From: Iphione sp. A-MEVVRFRX5
Lineage: Eukaryota
Assembly: GCA_976226885.1 (NCBI GenBank)
Contig: OZ320313.1
Coordinates: 29,698,001 to 29,762,000, forward strand
DNA length: 64,000 bases
Direction: 5' to 3'
The notes below the pieces were generated by a model. It was not told the origin of the DNA. It saw only the letters and a program-made list of their open reading frames with translations, and did no database searches. Positions 37,972 through 52,345 of this stretch are shown piece by piece (positions within the stretch are counted from its first letter, which is position 1; the number at the start of each line of letters is the position of its first letter). Position numbers and translations under genes: made by a program.

Positions 37972-40900
37972 GTAAGTAGATAAGCCGCTTGCTGCTGCTT
38001 GGTGGGCGGGGAGTTGCTCGAGGGGTGCACGTGAGGGTTCCACTATCCTTTGCCTACACCCCACAACCTCCCCCCTGTTCTTGTTCCTTCACTGCACGGG
38101 TGATTCTCGCTCGACACTGAACGTTGACGAGGCGATGATTGGCCCACCGGCAGGTCAGCGCCTAAGTGTACTACTTGGAGACCTTAGCTCATATATACCA
38201 CTAATCACTTTGGGGTCTTTTTACCCTCAGGTCACGAAGCCTTTAGGTCGTAAAAGTTAGGTATCTTGTGTCACCTATTGCAAGAGCATGTCTCACGGAA
38301 TCCTATTGAGTAAGATGTTCCAGTTCTGCTCAAATACATTGTCCTGACTTCATCCCATTTTTAATTTCTCTTCACAATGAATGCTGGAAGAGGTCATGAT
38401 AAATGTACATGTACATGTACTTGATTTACGGTGTCCACATCAAACGTTCTGTTATAAGGCTAATAAAAGGGCAACAATGTTTACGTCTGAAATATTATGT
38501 ATGTTTGACAAAGTATTCGCTTTTCGGTTCTCGTAAAAGCAGAATGCCATTACGGTGAATTTATTACTTTGGAAGATTACAAGACTATGATTTCCCCATT
38601 TATAGTGACACTTTACAATGAGTACGAAAGCTTCTAATTTTGAATTCATTCCCCTGGTAGGGAGGTTGAGCCTGGTCCCTGGTAAGAGACGAAGAATTTT
38701 TTCTTTCTGTGTGGAAGAATATTGAATTTAAGGACAACTTCAGATTTTGAGTAGTATATAAATGTGACTTGCATATCATTTTTCCAGAAGTAGATTTGTC
38801 TTAAGTCTCCGAATTACATTTTAAAAGAGAATACTTATATTAGTGAGCTTTGCCTCTGGGTGTGTACATCGGAGCTGAGTGACAATTATAGACTGTGGGA
38901 TGGTGTCTGACATTTCCTTAATTTCTATTGCCTTTGCAATAATTCATCTCTGACCCTTTTTTGAAGTCAGCAGGATGCAAAATATTGGAATTAGTTGTAA
39001 TATTATCGATTGATTTTTAAATTAAATGAGTATAATGTATTCGAAATATGTAATGAGAATAATAATGTGGTAATATGCCTTAATTATAAGTTCGAACGTA
39101 ATCCTGCAAGTGTGATTTCATAGAAAGAGTAAACGTGCTATGTGCACCCTGTCTACTACTATTCATAACCATTAGTTTAACGTCTTCTCACTTCATGTGA
39201 GCAACTAATATTTGTGTGAAAACTAACAAACTTGATCCACATAGTTTTAGAAGTTTCTTTTTCTGAGAATCCACCCACGTTTATGTCATCAAATAATGAA
39301 TACCTCATTTTTCTCATTGACGCAAAAATGCTTTAGATGTATATAGTTATGAATAAACGGAACAGTCAAAGTGCCAATCATATTGGTCAAGATGTTAATG
39401 ATTTGGTGGCGCTTTTGTGTAACTTGATATAGTTCATACAAGCATCATTGTACAATGTACTTCAATGGCTTATACATAATTTATAAATTCTTTGTGACGG
39501 AAATGCCGAACCCAACGCAAGAGACTGGTTGTTATCGTGGACGACAATGATGACAACTCGTGATTTATTTCTTTGGACAGGACCTGTTATTTCTTTAATG
39601 CTTGACGTATTGTTACAGCACAAGACTCAGCAGATTCGGAAAATCACGGAAATCTGTGTACATCCCAAGGTAGGCCCATACCGTATTGAATTAACATTGT
39701 GCTGACTTACCAACGAGGTGGCCGGTTCCTTTTTTTCCCCATGGATCTCTCTGATTACGCCTCATTCGATTCACTCTGTCACGGCATGGTCTTCTACTCC
39801 AGCAGAAAGATCAGAATAATACATAAACACAATTACTTCTCGTCCCCAAGAAACCGCATGTGATTTAGGTAGGTTCGCAATGACTTGTAGTCAGAGACAG
39901 CGGAGTAGTCTCCTGTAATTAACCACTGTGTGGGGTGGGGAGATGCGGGCATTTCCTCAATCGGACGTCTGCAGCAGTTGATGTCCCCTTTTTGCTGCTG
40001 CTGCTGCGCCGCCGCTTACCAGGGAAGGGCCTTTTTTCTTGTACAAGAGAAGGAACACTTGTTTGTCTGTATATTCGCATATGCTAGCAGAGAATCATAA
40101 GATGTTTGTTCTATCTTTCCTGCCTTTCTTGTTATCGGCCGTTTTTCACCTGATTTCCTCATCAACTTACACTTTACCATCACTCAAGTGGATGTCAGAC
40201 GTTGGTCTTACGGTTTTACGTTTTGCTCGTCCAAACTGCTTCGTGTAGTATTCTATATATGTTTGTAATATACATCACGCGTAGCAGATACATGTATATA
40301 CTGCGGTGCGCATTACACTTATAGGAAAACATCTTTCCTTTTACTGTTGAATTCACTTTTTTACCGACCGCTTTATTGTTATAAACCAGCCTAACGGGTT
40401 GTCGTGGGTTCCTGTTATGCAAGAATGATACATTTCCCCAGTGTATACACTGTCATAAGGCCAGCTATATTTTGGACTCTTATTATTGATCGGTAGTGCA
40501 CCAGGTGGCGACCAATTTCCATCGGGGTATACAAGTAAGCTGCGTCTGTAGCCGACACCAGTCAATGCTGGACGCCTTGAGGTCGAAAATTTAATTCGTT
40601 CTCGCTCCATATATTCTGGCCCCAGTTCATGACAGGAAAGCTGTAATAGAAGGTATTCACAATCACTCCCAAAGACGTAATATTCCACAATTTTCTGAAA
40701 TATATGAAATATAGTTGCAAAGCTCCAGGTCATAAGACCTTGGCGATACAAGGATTTGTGAATTATATAGACGAGATTCAGTTTGATCCAGACGTTCTGA
40801 TATTAACAAAGAGAGAGAATATGAATCTCCTTTTCTCCTAGTATCCTCATGGTGTTTTCCCAATATACTAAATTTCAATTTCACGTTTATTTTCCTCAGC

Positions 40901-43671
40901 CATTCCATTGACCTTTTGTGTTGCAGAATACCTAATTATAAAAACCTGTCAGTATCGGAAAATGGGAAGTTATAGCCAAAACCGTATTTTGGAATTCAGT
41001 ATGTAGTATTTGCCCTATATCCAGACCGAAAAACCTCTCTAGCACGGGTCCAAGTCTATAAAAATGACTGTGAAAGAATAAATTGACATGTGAGTAGAAA
41101 GGCGAAAGGTTGCTAGTGGTGACAATAACCTGTCTCGCGGAGGCTCTTGAAATGGAAATTTACGATGCACATGAAAGCTATACAAAAGGCCACGAGTCTT
41201 ACCAAAAAACTGAAAAAAGAGACGAATTGGATTCTATTTATTCATATTGCGTGAGCGATGATTGCATTCAACAAGCTCTTAATAACATTCTGCTGCTGCT
41301 ACTGGTTGAGACCACCATAAGTATGGTACACGTCCATGTGTGATCGGGAAGATCAAAGCAGAATCTAGGGGTATGCGGCGGGAACCCACAAGGCTTTGGG
41401 CCTCTCGGGTTGAAGCCTAATATACAGGACCGTTTGTATTTACCATTGTGGCGCTTTGTGTAGGTGCGAGTAAACGATTTACACCATGCAACTGGTCAGA
41501 GTCCATTCGTTGTCTGGGAAAGGTACCACGCGCTTGCTTCGTATCGTCGGACATTTTGTAGGCTAGATACAAAAAGTTCTTAAAAGAGAGAGTGATATAT
41601 AGTTGGCTTGTAATGTCATTCCTGAATTTCGCAGAGCAGAAACAACTACAAAAAAACCCTGAGAGCCTAGTCGATAGCCAAGGAGATGAATCGGCGTGCA
41701 CGTGTTCGCGCTCTTTCTGTCGGTGCGTGTGGCACCCGTTTGAATCGCCGGCCGTTGGTATCCAATGATCCCTTAAGATCTTATACCGACTACAGCTAAT
41801 CACAGCGGTCTGTCAAAAAAAGAGAGAAAAACAGGTGTAAAGGGACACCGGCCCATCATTGTAATACACCCCACTGCCCCCCATCCCCTTTCAGGTTAGC
41901 CTACAGAAAGAGGACGATGTTGGGGCTTAATGCAGTAGCCATGGGTAATCTCATCGCCTTCTAAGCGGGATTAGATCTGATGGAGACGACCCCCAGGTGC
42001 GCTGGCATCTGGCCTTAGATTCGGCCACCTTATGACTCACGGTGATGGCCAAAGGAAATTGTGTAGACACCAACGCATTGAGCGCAGGCTATGAGAAAGG
42101 CACAGCACGGAATGGGCAAGCAGAAACAGCCGGAAGACTGAGTGGTATCTCGGTGTATACCTCTCGGTTAAGTCACACACTGCTAGAACTTTTATTCTGC
42201 GATGTAGAAAAGGGTAGCACGATGATTATCCAATAGTGAGAACCCCCAGACAATGGTCAGCATGTACATCACGAGAAACAACAATCATTTTCGAGTAGCC
42301 CATATTAATGTTGTATTTGGAGATTGTAGGATAAACTTTAACAATGAGGCTTCACCGGCATGTTGCTGTCTCGAATTTTATTGCCAGGGGTAAATGTATT
42401 AACGGAATTGTAACCAGCCGTCTGGATGAGGGGACGCCTTTTTTCATTCGAGTAGGAACTACAGGGTGGGTACTATTGATTCAGTATTAGAGTTAGTTTG
42501 GACAGTATGTGTAATGGGCATGAAAACTCTTGAATTGCATTATTGACTTTAGATTACTGACGTAGGCTTATATGAAACCTAGCTATCGTGTAGGTGATTA
42601 ACGTGAACTCAGCTACCCCCTCCTCTAATTATCTTCGCGAGAAGCAAGAGGAGGAGGAGTGTTTTGGCGTTCGAGAGAGCCAACTTAGTTATAAAGAAGA
42701 TTCCTTGTTTGGGGATAGACAGCCTAAAATACTTCAAACTGGTTGATTTCAGTAGCAAGTTGCCTGGCCTCATGTTTAAGCCAAGGGCATCGTTTTGGCT
42801 TAGGGCTATAAAAAGAGAAGTGGTAAAAGTCTGTAATATTTTCTCGTCTTTAAATACATGATACGGTTTTTATTAGCCCTTAGGTAAGAAGCATTTATGG
42901 TAATTTACGAATTCCCTTGCCTTTGTTCCATGAATTAGTGCACAAAAATATTTTAAAATCTCTCCGACGTTCCGAAAGTATAGAGACTGATCGCCTAGCT
43001 TTGTTCTATAGTCGATGCCTTGAAACATCGGGTTCTCCCGCTGCTTTCACCTTGCAGTAATACGATGAATTATATTTATATTGAATAATAGATGAGCCTT
43101 TAATGAAGAACCTCTGTGCTATGTCACCTGTCCGTCTTCAGCGGCCTTTTGCTGCCTGAAGGCAGTACAATTAATAACGAAAAATACAGACTTGTAGGGC
43201 ATTTTTTCCTAACTACATAATTTTCGTAGATTTTCCTGTTGAATTGTTTACACTCAAGAAGTGAATGCCACTCTTCTTTTCCATCTACGACATCTCATCG
43301 ACTGTTACGAAGAAAGTGTTCATTAAAGTGTGCTCCTGAAAAGAGTGTGGTGTGCATAATCTACGACGTTTCCTTAAAAATAAGTGGTTGTTTTGGAGGA
43401 GGTGTAACGGGGTAGCGCAAGAATAATTACCTATAGCTTCCAGGTTATAGACCCTCAGACGTTAAAAAGATCTCCTGTATAGCATTGCCTACGGCACACT
43501 TAAAAAACAGACGGTGCCTAGCGTGCGCCATCTGAGTTATGTAGCTGTAGTTCTAGGCAATGTGTCACTTTTTCAGCGGAGACCCTGGGCATCGATCTCC
43601 TGCTTCCCGATTCCTTACCAATCATAAACCGAAGTTTACTCCCTCCGAGAGCTGAGACTATATCTGCAAGC

Positions 43672-43742
43672 ATGGCTGCATATATGCTACTACAAATGGC
43701 TTGCGTAGGCGTGGGTGGCTTCTGGTGGCTTGATGCTGCAGT
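43672..43742 (+). CDS. Candidate alternative first coding exon with hydrophobic peptide: MAAYMLLQMACVGVGGFWWLDAA(V)
   Basis: Strong start context AGCATGG, donor GT|GTAAGT (GT at 43743), phase 2, followed by CpG-rich sequence. Confidence 0.4.
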
Positions 43743-46700
43743 GTAAGTCGTGTTTGCCAGGGCCCCCAGCCTTACGTAAGTGGCGCCAGGTCGCGCCGAT
43801 AAGATAGCCAGCTATATTGACGCAGATGCTTCCCTGCCCCCCATCTCCCCTCCTCTCCACCCTCTCATCTAATATTCAGTGGGTACTACGCTATTCTCCT
43901 GCAACCGCCACACCTCTTGCCTAGCACAGTGGCACAAGAAGCCCCCAATGAGGCACGCCAGGCGACGAGGGGACGTCGTTGACCACGTCATCGTCAGGCT
44001 TTCCCACCGGCTTTGGCACCTTAATGTGTCATCGTCATAATGTGGAAAAAAGATGGGATGGGAAAGCGGACCTGAAGCCAAAGAGCCGACTATGAGCGGG
44101 CCGTAATTTCTGCACTCGAGGAAAGTTTATATAAGAAAAAAAATAAACGAGAAACTCGCCCCATCTCTTATTTGTCTGCGTAATATCATGATAAATACAC
44201 GTACCCTCCATATAGAAACAGCACCAGGTAATACCTCTTTTCATACATGAGCCGTTCGGAAATGTGTGTTTAGCTGACGTGAAGGATATTATACTGTTAA
44301 AAGTGCAATAACATAATCCTTGCTTCTAGGTCAATGAACTTTGAAGGTTAGTAGAAGCTATAGTGAAATCAATTAATTGAAACAAAGTACATGGGGGGGG
44401 GCATCCATTATCAAACAGGTTCAGCGAGGAACCGACCGGTGCTCCATTAGGTTGAATTTCCCTAGGTGTGTGTTTTCAAGGGCGTGCAGGTACATGTTCA
44501 GTATGACAGCATATCATCTGCACCATGATTTCACAGGTGTGAAAATGGCATAATGGGCCAAAAAGCGCTGAATCTGAGGCTCACTTGGCCGAAAAACGGC
44601 GAAACTGATGCGAATTTAGCATATAAACTATGTAACTGGTGTGATTTTGGCTGAAATTGGCAGAACTGTAGCTAATTTGGCAAAAAAAAAATCAAAACTG
44701 ATGAGCAGATGTCAGGAAATGTGAGGACATATGTATTTTTTGCCTGAAGCATGGCTAACAAGGTCATTTCTTTGTTAGTTTTTGTATACTGCTTGGGAAG
44801 CCCTGGCCGTGGGCCATAGAAATTGGGAACTCTCCCTATATGAAAACATGGCCCCATGGTCATGGAAACTTGTCCGTGTTTCTGTGGTGTCAGAAAACAC
44901 TCCTGGTATGAAGCATATTTCCCACAAAATCACGGCCATATAAAAACATATCTGAAAGGGAATTCATCCCTAAACCCCAAAGATATTTTTAATCCAACAA
45001 CTCTGATGTCAGTCTATATCAATTGAATTATAAAGCGTGAACTCTGACACTGGGTCAAAGTTTACATTTAAATGTAACCCTAACCCTGGTCAAGGGTGGC
45101 TCCCACGACTGCTCTCCCTTGTACCACAGTTTCTCCTGGCTTCTGCATGCATTATAGTAGAACCCAGCTGCACTGTGATACATTGTATCCTCCATTATTA
45201 TAACTGTACACCATACAATTTACAATTTTGCTTCTCTAGAAACGTTAGGGCTAGTTATAGGATTAGTTTATTCACATGAAGAAATTATTCAGGTCAACAG
45301 CTGATTATTTGCCCCTCTAAGCATATTACTTATGTGGTATGTAATATACAAACTTATGCACGCAGTGAAGCCTATGTCAGTATGATAAATGCATGATCTA
45401 CTATCGAGTATCAGATTTCATTTTGTATAATGATTTTGGGCCAGTGCAAATACCTACCTGTCCAGAGGGATAACTACTCTGAAGGATAAAATGTCCCTGC
45501 AACTGGTACTTATCCACGTAACACAACTCTGTCAGTATATTACTTTGTTTTATTATGATTAAAATACCGCCAACGAGCTAGAAATATATTAGCTCTAATC
45601 TGGGTGTTTTTCTACATACATGCACACCTTTGTGTGGAAGTAGACACCAGAGGCATTTATGTGTCAGTATGCATGTACGAGATTGAAATTGTCGTCATTT
45701 GACGTGAATTCCAACTGTTATTTCTTCATGTCCTATACGATGATACTAGTAGCTACACTCTATTTGCTTATTTGAGTGTGAGCGTCTATGCTAGAGGATT
45801 CGCCCTACTACCACCGGGCTGCGATAACGTCGTCTAGGCAATACCTCGTGAGATGGAAATCATGATATAGGCCAGAGACATTACTTGATGTGCCCTTTTA
45901 AATAAAAAGATTATATGTGCCGAGGAACCTAATAAGAGCACACACGCCATCTAGTCCCCTGCTGTCACAAACATCCAGATTTTACAGTATGATCAAGCCA
46001 GTGTGATCTAACTGATGGTTAATATATAGGTTCTACATGTTCTTAATGTGCCTAGGTGGACGTTTGTAATGCGGAACTTGAAAGGATAGGAGAGGTCGGT
46101 GTCGAGGCAACCAAAGGAAGTCAGGCGACTTTCTATGAGGGTCTTTGAGAGATCCAGCTGACCATATGGAAGACACGTGGGCGCCACACCCTGGGCTCAC
46201 ACAGGCATTTAGGGCTATGAGGCTAGATCAACAGCCGGCAAGCAGTGGGCTGGGGATCCTCTCTAGCGTCTCCAGAGGACCGGCCGTCCACCATGACGAT
46301 TTGAATTAGAGTATTATAAGATTATGGGATTTAATCCCCTCTCAGCCTACCACTCAAGCAATGGTGAAGAGGGCCACTATCGGCCGGTCTTCGATCAGTC
46401 TACTTTGTCATCCCTGCCACATGGAGGCGCCACCTGATACTACCCCTCTCCCTGCCCCACTCCACCCGCTAGTGATCCACAAGGACCCTTCCAGTAGGAT
46501 GGACCGGGCGACCCTTGTCCCTCAACAAAATATCTGATCAGATATGAGTGATGTGAGGATATGATTGGCATTGGGCTTACGTGGCAGATCCTGTATTTTG
46601 GACACGCAAAAAGGGGTGTGCTTTTTAGCTGTCTTGAAGGGAGGCAAATCAGACACACTCGGCTAATTCCCATCGACACACATTATGGTGAATTCAAATA

Positions 46701-47570
46701 ACCCACACTTAACGGGAAGCTGCCCTGTAATTCACCCATGTTGTCGCCATTTGATTCAAGGCTTCAATCTCTTCGTTATTGATCAGGTGCTCTTTATCGG
46801 CGCGTCGGTTCCCTTTTTTCGCTTTATCTCGAAGTCGTTGAAAAGCAGCTGGTGTGAATAATACAGATCGATACCTGGCGTGGCGTAAACACCGTAAATT
46901 GCCTCTGTTAAGGCTGTGGGCGATGCCAACAGACGGGTTGGGGGTGGGGGGGGGGGGGCAGCCGGTGAAGCCGAAAGAGGGATAGCGTTTCTCAAGATGT
47001 TTGTGATCAGTGGTGCGCGATGTTGGAGACTCGGCGAGGGATGAAGAGGACGGGGACGCGCTGGGTGTGAAGGGACAGTGATAAGGGGCTGTGGGAGAAG
47101 AGTGGGGTAGCAGACAAGAACAACAAAAGGAAACTGGAACGTAAATGTCTCCAAGGTAGAGACGAACAGAGGAGGGGGCGGACTAAGCAGAAAAAAAATC
47201 GACAGAATTAAAGTTACATGTACATGATTGCCCACTACAAGGCAGCACGATAGTTTAAGTTTTAAAAAAACAGGAGTTATGCACGAACTTTGGTGAAGTC
47301 CGAAGGGGTATCCGAGGAAGATAAAACGTAGACACGTAAAGAGGTATTCTAAAGGTACATTCGGGGAGAAGCAGAGTGCTTTAAATATGCAAAGAATTCA
47401 CGCAGATATACATGTATTCCCGTTTATCATCCACTTGGAGCCTTCTACGTAGAAACAACAGCCGGTAAGAAATTCAGCTTGGCATGATAAAAAAAGAAGG
47501 GGGGGAGGCAAAAGAATTTAAGTAATGAGCACTTCGCTTGTGGCACATGCTAACTTTATACTGTGCAGGC

Positions 47571-47701
47571 ATGTTGAACGTGAAAACGTGGACGTTTGGC
47601 ACGCGTCCTGATGACAGATTTGTACGAAGCCCGCCAGACAAGTCGTGTGCCTGTAAACCTCATGTGACGCAAGTGGCGCCGCCCTGCAGTATCCGTCTCT
47701 T
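47571..47701 (+). CDS. Candidate alternative first coding exon: MLNVKTWTFGTRPDDRFVRSPPDKSCACKPHVTQVAPPCSIRL(L)
   Basis: Preceded by a well-formed 104-nt intron (GTAAGA 47465, CTAAC 47550-47554, AG 47567-47568). Ends at TT|GTGAGC (GT at 47702), phase 2. Confidence 0.3.
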
Positions 47702-50700
47702 GTGAGCCGCTGCATGGAACCGCACTCCACACACTGTTTAGTCCCTCGGCCATATATCTAACTTCAGCGGTGGCTCCTATCATATATTACCATGCTTTCG
47801 TTAGTGTGATGAGCAGCCCCATTAGTGCACATTGTGAGCAACTAGCTCCAGGATTGTAAAGCGAGTTGTTGTTGCGGCACCAAGCACTCCCAGAGGGATG
47901 GCTGCGCAAGGCGATAGTGGAAATTTCCATTTGGCGTTGCTTTGGTAGTCATGTACATAGACGCACATCAGGTTGATACTATCACCGATAACAAAAGCAG
48001 GCATTGTATGTGCCAGCTGCGTCTTTTAGCCTAAAAAGGGGGTTTGTCAGCCTTAAAGACAGGCAGAAATGAACTTGCGCACCCATGACCCGGCCTAGGT
48101 ATACACTGTTGTGTTCTTGTCAAGTATTACCGGCTTTGTAGCGTGTTCTATGGAAATTATACACTCAAACAATGATTTCCAGCTCCGAACTTTGGTGTTG
48201 CTTTGGAACATTGTTTTTATCACATGAAGTGAAAGTTGTTGGCAGATTGTGTGTCAGAGGAAACTTGTGTTGTGGGGAGGTCTTGGCATGAATCTTCAAA
48301 GGAATTTCCCTTTTTCACAGAGCTTTACTTGAATGCCCACCAAGCCGAAAAGCGTACATGGGTTTTATGCCTGCACAAAGCACGTGGTCTCATCCAAAGA
48401 CGCAGCTTGTAGACAAATTCCAAGGAACATTGTCAGCTTTATTAACACATGAGGCAGACATTTTCCCGATGCTGAAGTCGTGTACTCAAAAGACACATCT
48501 CTTTGTTTGATATGTGACATATGACTATAATTGTGGATTTCGTCAAAGGATGATCGAAGGCTGTTTCTTCTTTCTCCTTTCACCATTTACTCTTACTTTG
48601 CCCGTCTATCGCTTCTGCAGCGCTGCCAGACTAACCCTAGATCCCAGAGGACCACCAGGAGTCTGCAGCCAGTTGGTTATAGCTGTAATAACGGCCTGTC
48701 TTCTCGAGAGAGACACATGGAGGATGTAGTGTCTGTCTCCTACAACAAAGATTCTCCAGCAGCTACATGTTAAAGGTGCATATTGGTAACCTTAGTGGGT
48801 AGCATATCAGTCAGCTAGAGGCGTGGGTGAGGTGGCAGGCAAACCATGAGGACGCGGGGGAAATGGCAGCCTCTGTCATAGTGCCGCGTTCCCCGGGGGT
48901 AGCAGGAAACATAATTTGTACGTAATATTCATCTCCAAAGCCACTTATTTCTTGTGTCAATTGGCTGTTTCCAGTAACTGCTGCTTCACGTAGCACTGTC
49001 AGTAAATGGCTTGTGACGTCTTCTCGTACATATATCACATGCACAGTAGCTATGATTATCTGTACCGAAGCTACCTGAAGAACGATCCCTAATACCTAGC
49101 TTGTTTGTTGCACAGCTCGCCGAACATAGGACCTTTAGGTATTCTGTTGATGTGTTGCAGTCTACCTCACTGCTGTCTTTACCTTAGGTATACATATTCT
49201 ATTGATGATAATCCATCCTGTTAAAAAAACAATGAATAGAGATTTTTTCAGATAGTTTTCCTTTGTACATAAAAAAAAAGAATTTTTACCATCAGGCCGC
49301 GTCGTTTGCATGACAACACATTGCGCTGGTGGCGTTATGGATTTCGGCCCTGTGCAGTGGCCTCGAGAGGAATTTTATTGTCTTCGCTAGTTCTTGTGTC
49401 GGAAGGCACTGGTACATTATGGTGTGAAACTCTCTTTGTCGGGCACTTTCATCACCGCTCTACATGGACTGGGCGTTCTTATTGTTACCGGGGACATTGC
49501 TGTCATCACCTCGGGGCAAGCCACCCTAGCCTGCTGGCGGGGCTGTTCGGAACCCATCTCGTCCTAACCCGCAGCACAGGATTGCCTCTTGAAGACTAAC
49601 ATCAGAGACAAATTCACGGTTGTATTAGGGAATTCAGTCTGTTCTTTGGTGTTATCCCTTTCGTTTCCTCTGAACTTCTCGGTATCACAATACCTGCAAG
49701 TTATTTTTTTTCACTGTGAAAGTCTGGGTTTTAAAATGTTTCCGAAAAGATCCTAACAAAATATCGAATTACTTTAACTAGTTGCCTTAGGGGGTTCTAC
49801 GTGCAGAATGAAACGGACGGTGCAATTCTTCGGGATCGGGATTTGCCAACTGTATGGATGTCCTCCCATAGCCAAGCTGTATCCTTTCATATGTAACACA
49901 TTTATGTAGCACATATCCTATTTCATTATTTCTAGTGTATCCTAGTGTCAGTAATAATGTAAAGAACAAATGAGCTGTCGTGCAAGAGTAAGAATATATA
50001 GTTTATCCTGTTAAGCAGGTAATTAAATCCTATGGATGCAGATTGGCTTTCTAGCCTCTAATCTAATATAGAGTTTCGAGAACTATCAGCAGGTATATGC
50101 TTATTAAGATGGCAGGGGCCCTGGATCCCTCCTCAATTAACGCAATTACATCAGGTACCGCTGGGGAGTTGCCCAGATGGTGAATCTGTACATATTCATC
50201 TTTAAGCTGTGCATAAGAAAGTACAGATATCGTTTGGAAGAAAAATACTTCACATTATTATTATTCTCCTTGAGTATACAAAAGCATTCCCCGACTGCTC
50301 TCATGTATTTCGTAGTCTTTCGCTGCGCACTTCGTTAGTCTTCCCAAACACTACGACGTAATTGCTTATTGATACAGCGCTGGATACACAATAGCAGTTC
50401 TTGTCGCAGCCAGTTCAGAAATTCCGGTTGCAACGTCGACGGACACGATAAACAGATCAATGAGCGGACGAGAAATACGGGACAGAAGGCGCGAGCACTC
50501 GGACACATTCATATGAAAGCGAACCGACAGCCACGCTCTCCACCGTGAATGGCTCGGGTTAAAGTGGCCGGAAGTGCCACTCGCTGGGGGTCGCCATGTT
50601 GCCCATGTACTCCTTACAATGCTGAGCATGCGCACACAGACCTGCCTGGCGCTCGAAATATGTTGCAGCTGAATGGTCCAACAAAGCGAAGGCTTTAATT

Positions 50701-50983
50701 ATGTTTTGCCTCCCTCCGTGCAGAGGTCGGTTGATTAATCTGTATCTCGACAATATTCGTTGGTCTTCATCGGGTCGTATAGACAGGCACGCACAGATAT
50801 AAAATATACATGTGCATACATATAGGAAAAATATATGAGACGTCTCCACTTAACCTCAGGAAGAACGCGATAGATTCCTTATGTACATGGACATATATTA
50901 CAGAGTCACTAAGAGGGGCACATTTCAATTAGGGACAATGCGACCAAGAACCAAGGGTGCCCCTAATATGGGCTTTCCACTGT

Positions 50984-51008
50984 ATATATATATATATATA
51001 TATATATA
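50984..51008. repeat. (TA)n microsatellite
   Basis: Directly visible. Confidence 0.95.
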
Positions 51009-52345
51009 TGCGACTCTGCTATAACTTGAGTCTCGAACCACGCAATATTGACAGTATGAGGGGAAGACAGAACGTTACAATGATGTGAATCTATTGTATA
51101 TCGGGTTTGCATCATTTATATTACTTTTTCCATTGCCTCTCTTTCTTACTGTTTCTTTTGTTGTCAGAATTCCCCCCCCGACTCTTCTGTAGCTCTGTTT
51201 CGTATTCGTTATTCCACTCTACTTATACCACTTTGTAGATATTTAGTGTTTTCAATCTCGAAAGATGATTTTATTCTGGAATTATATATACAATTAAGGT
51301 ATTTTCTCCAGAATAAGAAAAATGAAAAATAATAACATAATAACATAATAAAAGTGGCTTGATATACAGCTAAAATAGTTCAGATAATACTGCACCTAAT
51401 TTAACATGAATGCTGAATTTGATCTGTTGCAATATATATGTGTCCCTATACAAGTAAAATTAAGCATTGACAACCCTAGACTGCATCCTAAATTTATCAC
51501 TATTGAACGCTACAATTTCAGTCTAGTACAACATAGAACTTATGCAGTGTAGGAGACAATGCATTTAAAACAAACTAGTACAACAAGAAGGGGCAACGTC
51601 CCATGTAAAATACAGAGATTAAATTCATCATTGAATTGAATTGAATTGAAACTGTTTATTCTGAAATCTCGGTCTGGTGTACAAAGCTCTTCTTCAGATG
51701 TACAGGAAGTAAATGGAAGATGAAAAAAGAACAAATATTGATTTCATATCACATGGTACTGGATCCTTTAAATTCGCCAATGATACCGTTTGAGCTTGGA
51801 ACAGAGTGGTGATCGCAAATGGGGTTTTGATTGTATACCATGTTACAGCAGTACTGAGTTGAATTCATAGTATATGAGAGAGATAATAGGTCGACGATCT
51901 GAATTTTTCTTTTCTTGGTGGATCAAAATGGAGTCTACGACGACGCTGTACACGTTCATGATCTATATTTACACCTTCACTATCTTTAAAGTTAGCGATA
52001 TATGACACCCTTAGCAATGAAACATCTGTATTAATATACAGCTTATCCTTAATTACTTCTTGATCTGGTGTTTTGTCTTGCAAAAATAACGTATAAATCC
52101 TATGTATAAGAATAACTAAACGTTCAATCAGTGGTCCTTTTAGCTTTACTGAAATGTAATTACCATAATAAATTACAGGGACGGCCAATGTCATTACCAG
52201 CTTTTGCATATCTTTATTAAAATACCTCTACAATATTATCCTTAAATTGTGTTTATATACAAACACCTAAGTCCTCAATTTCAGTATTACCTACAATTAA
52301 AGGTTCCGGCAATGATATCTGTCCGTAGGACATTCTAATATATTT

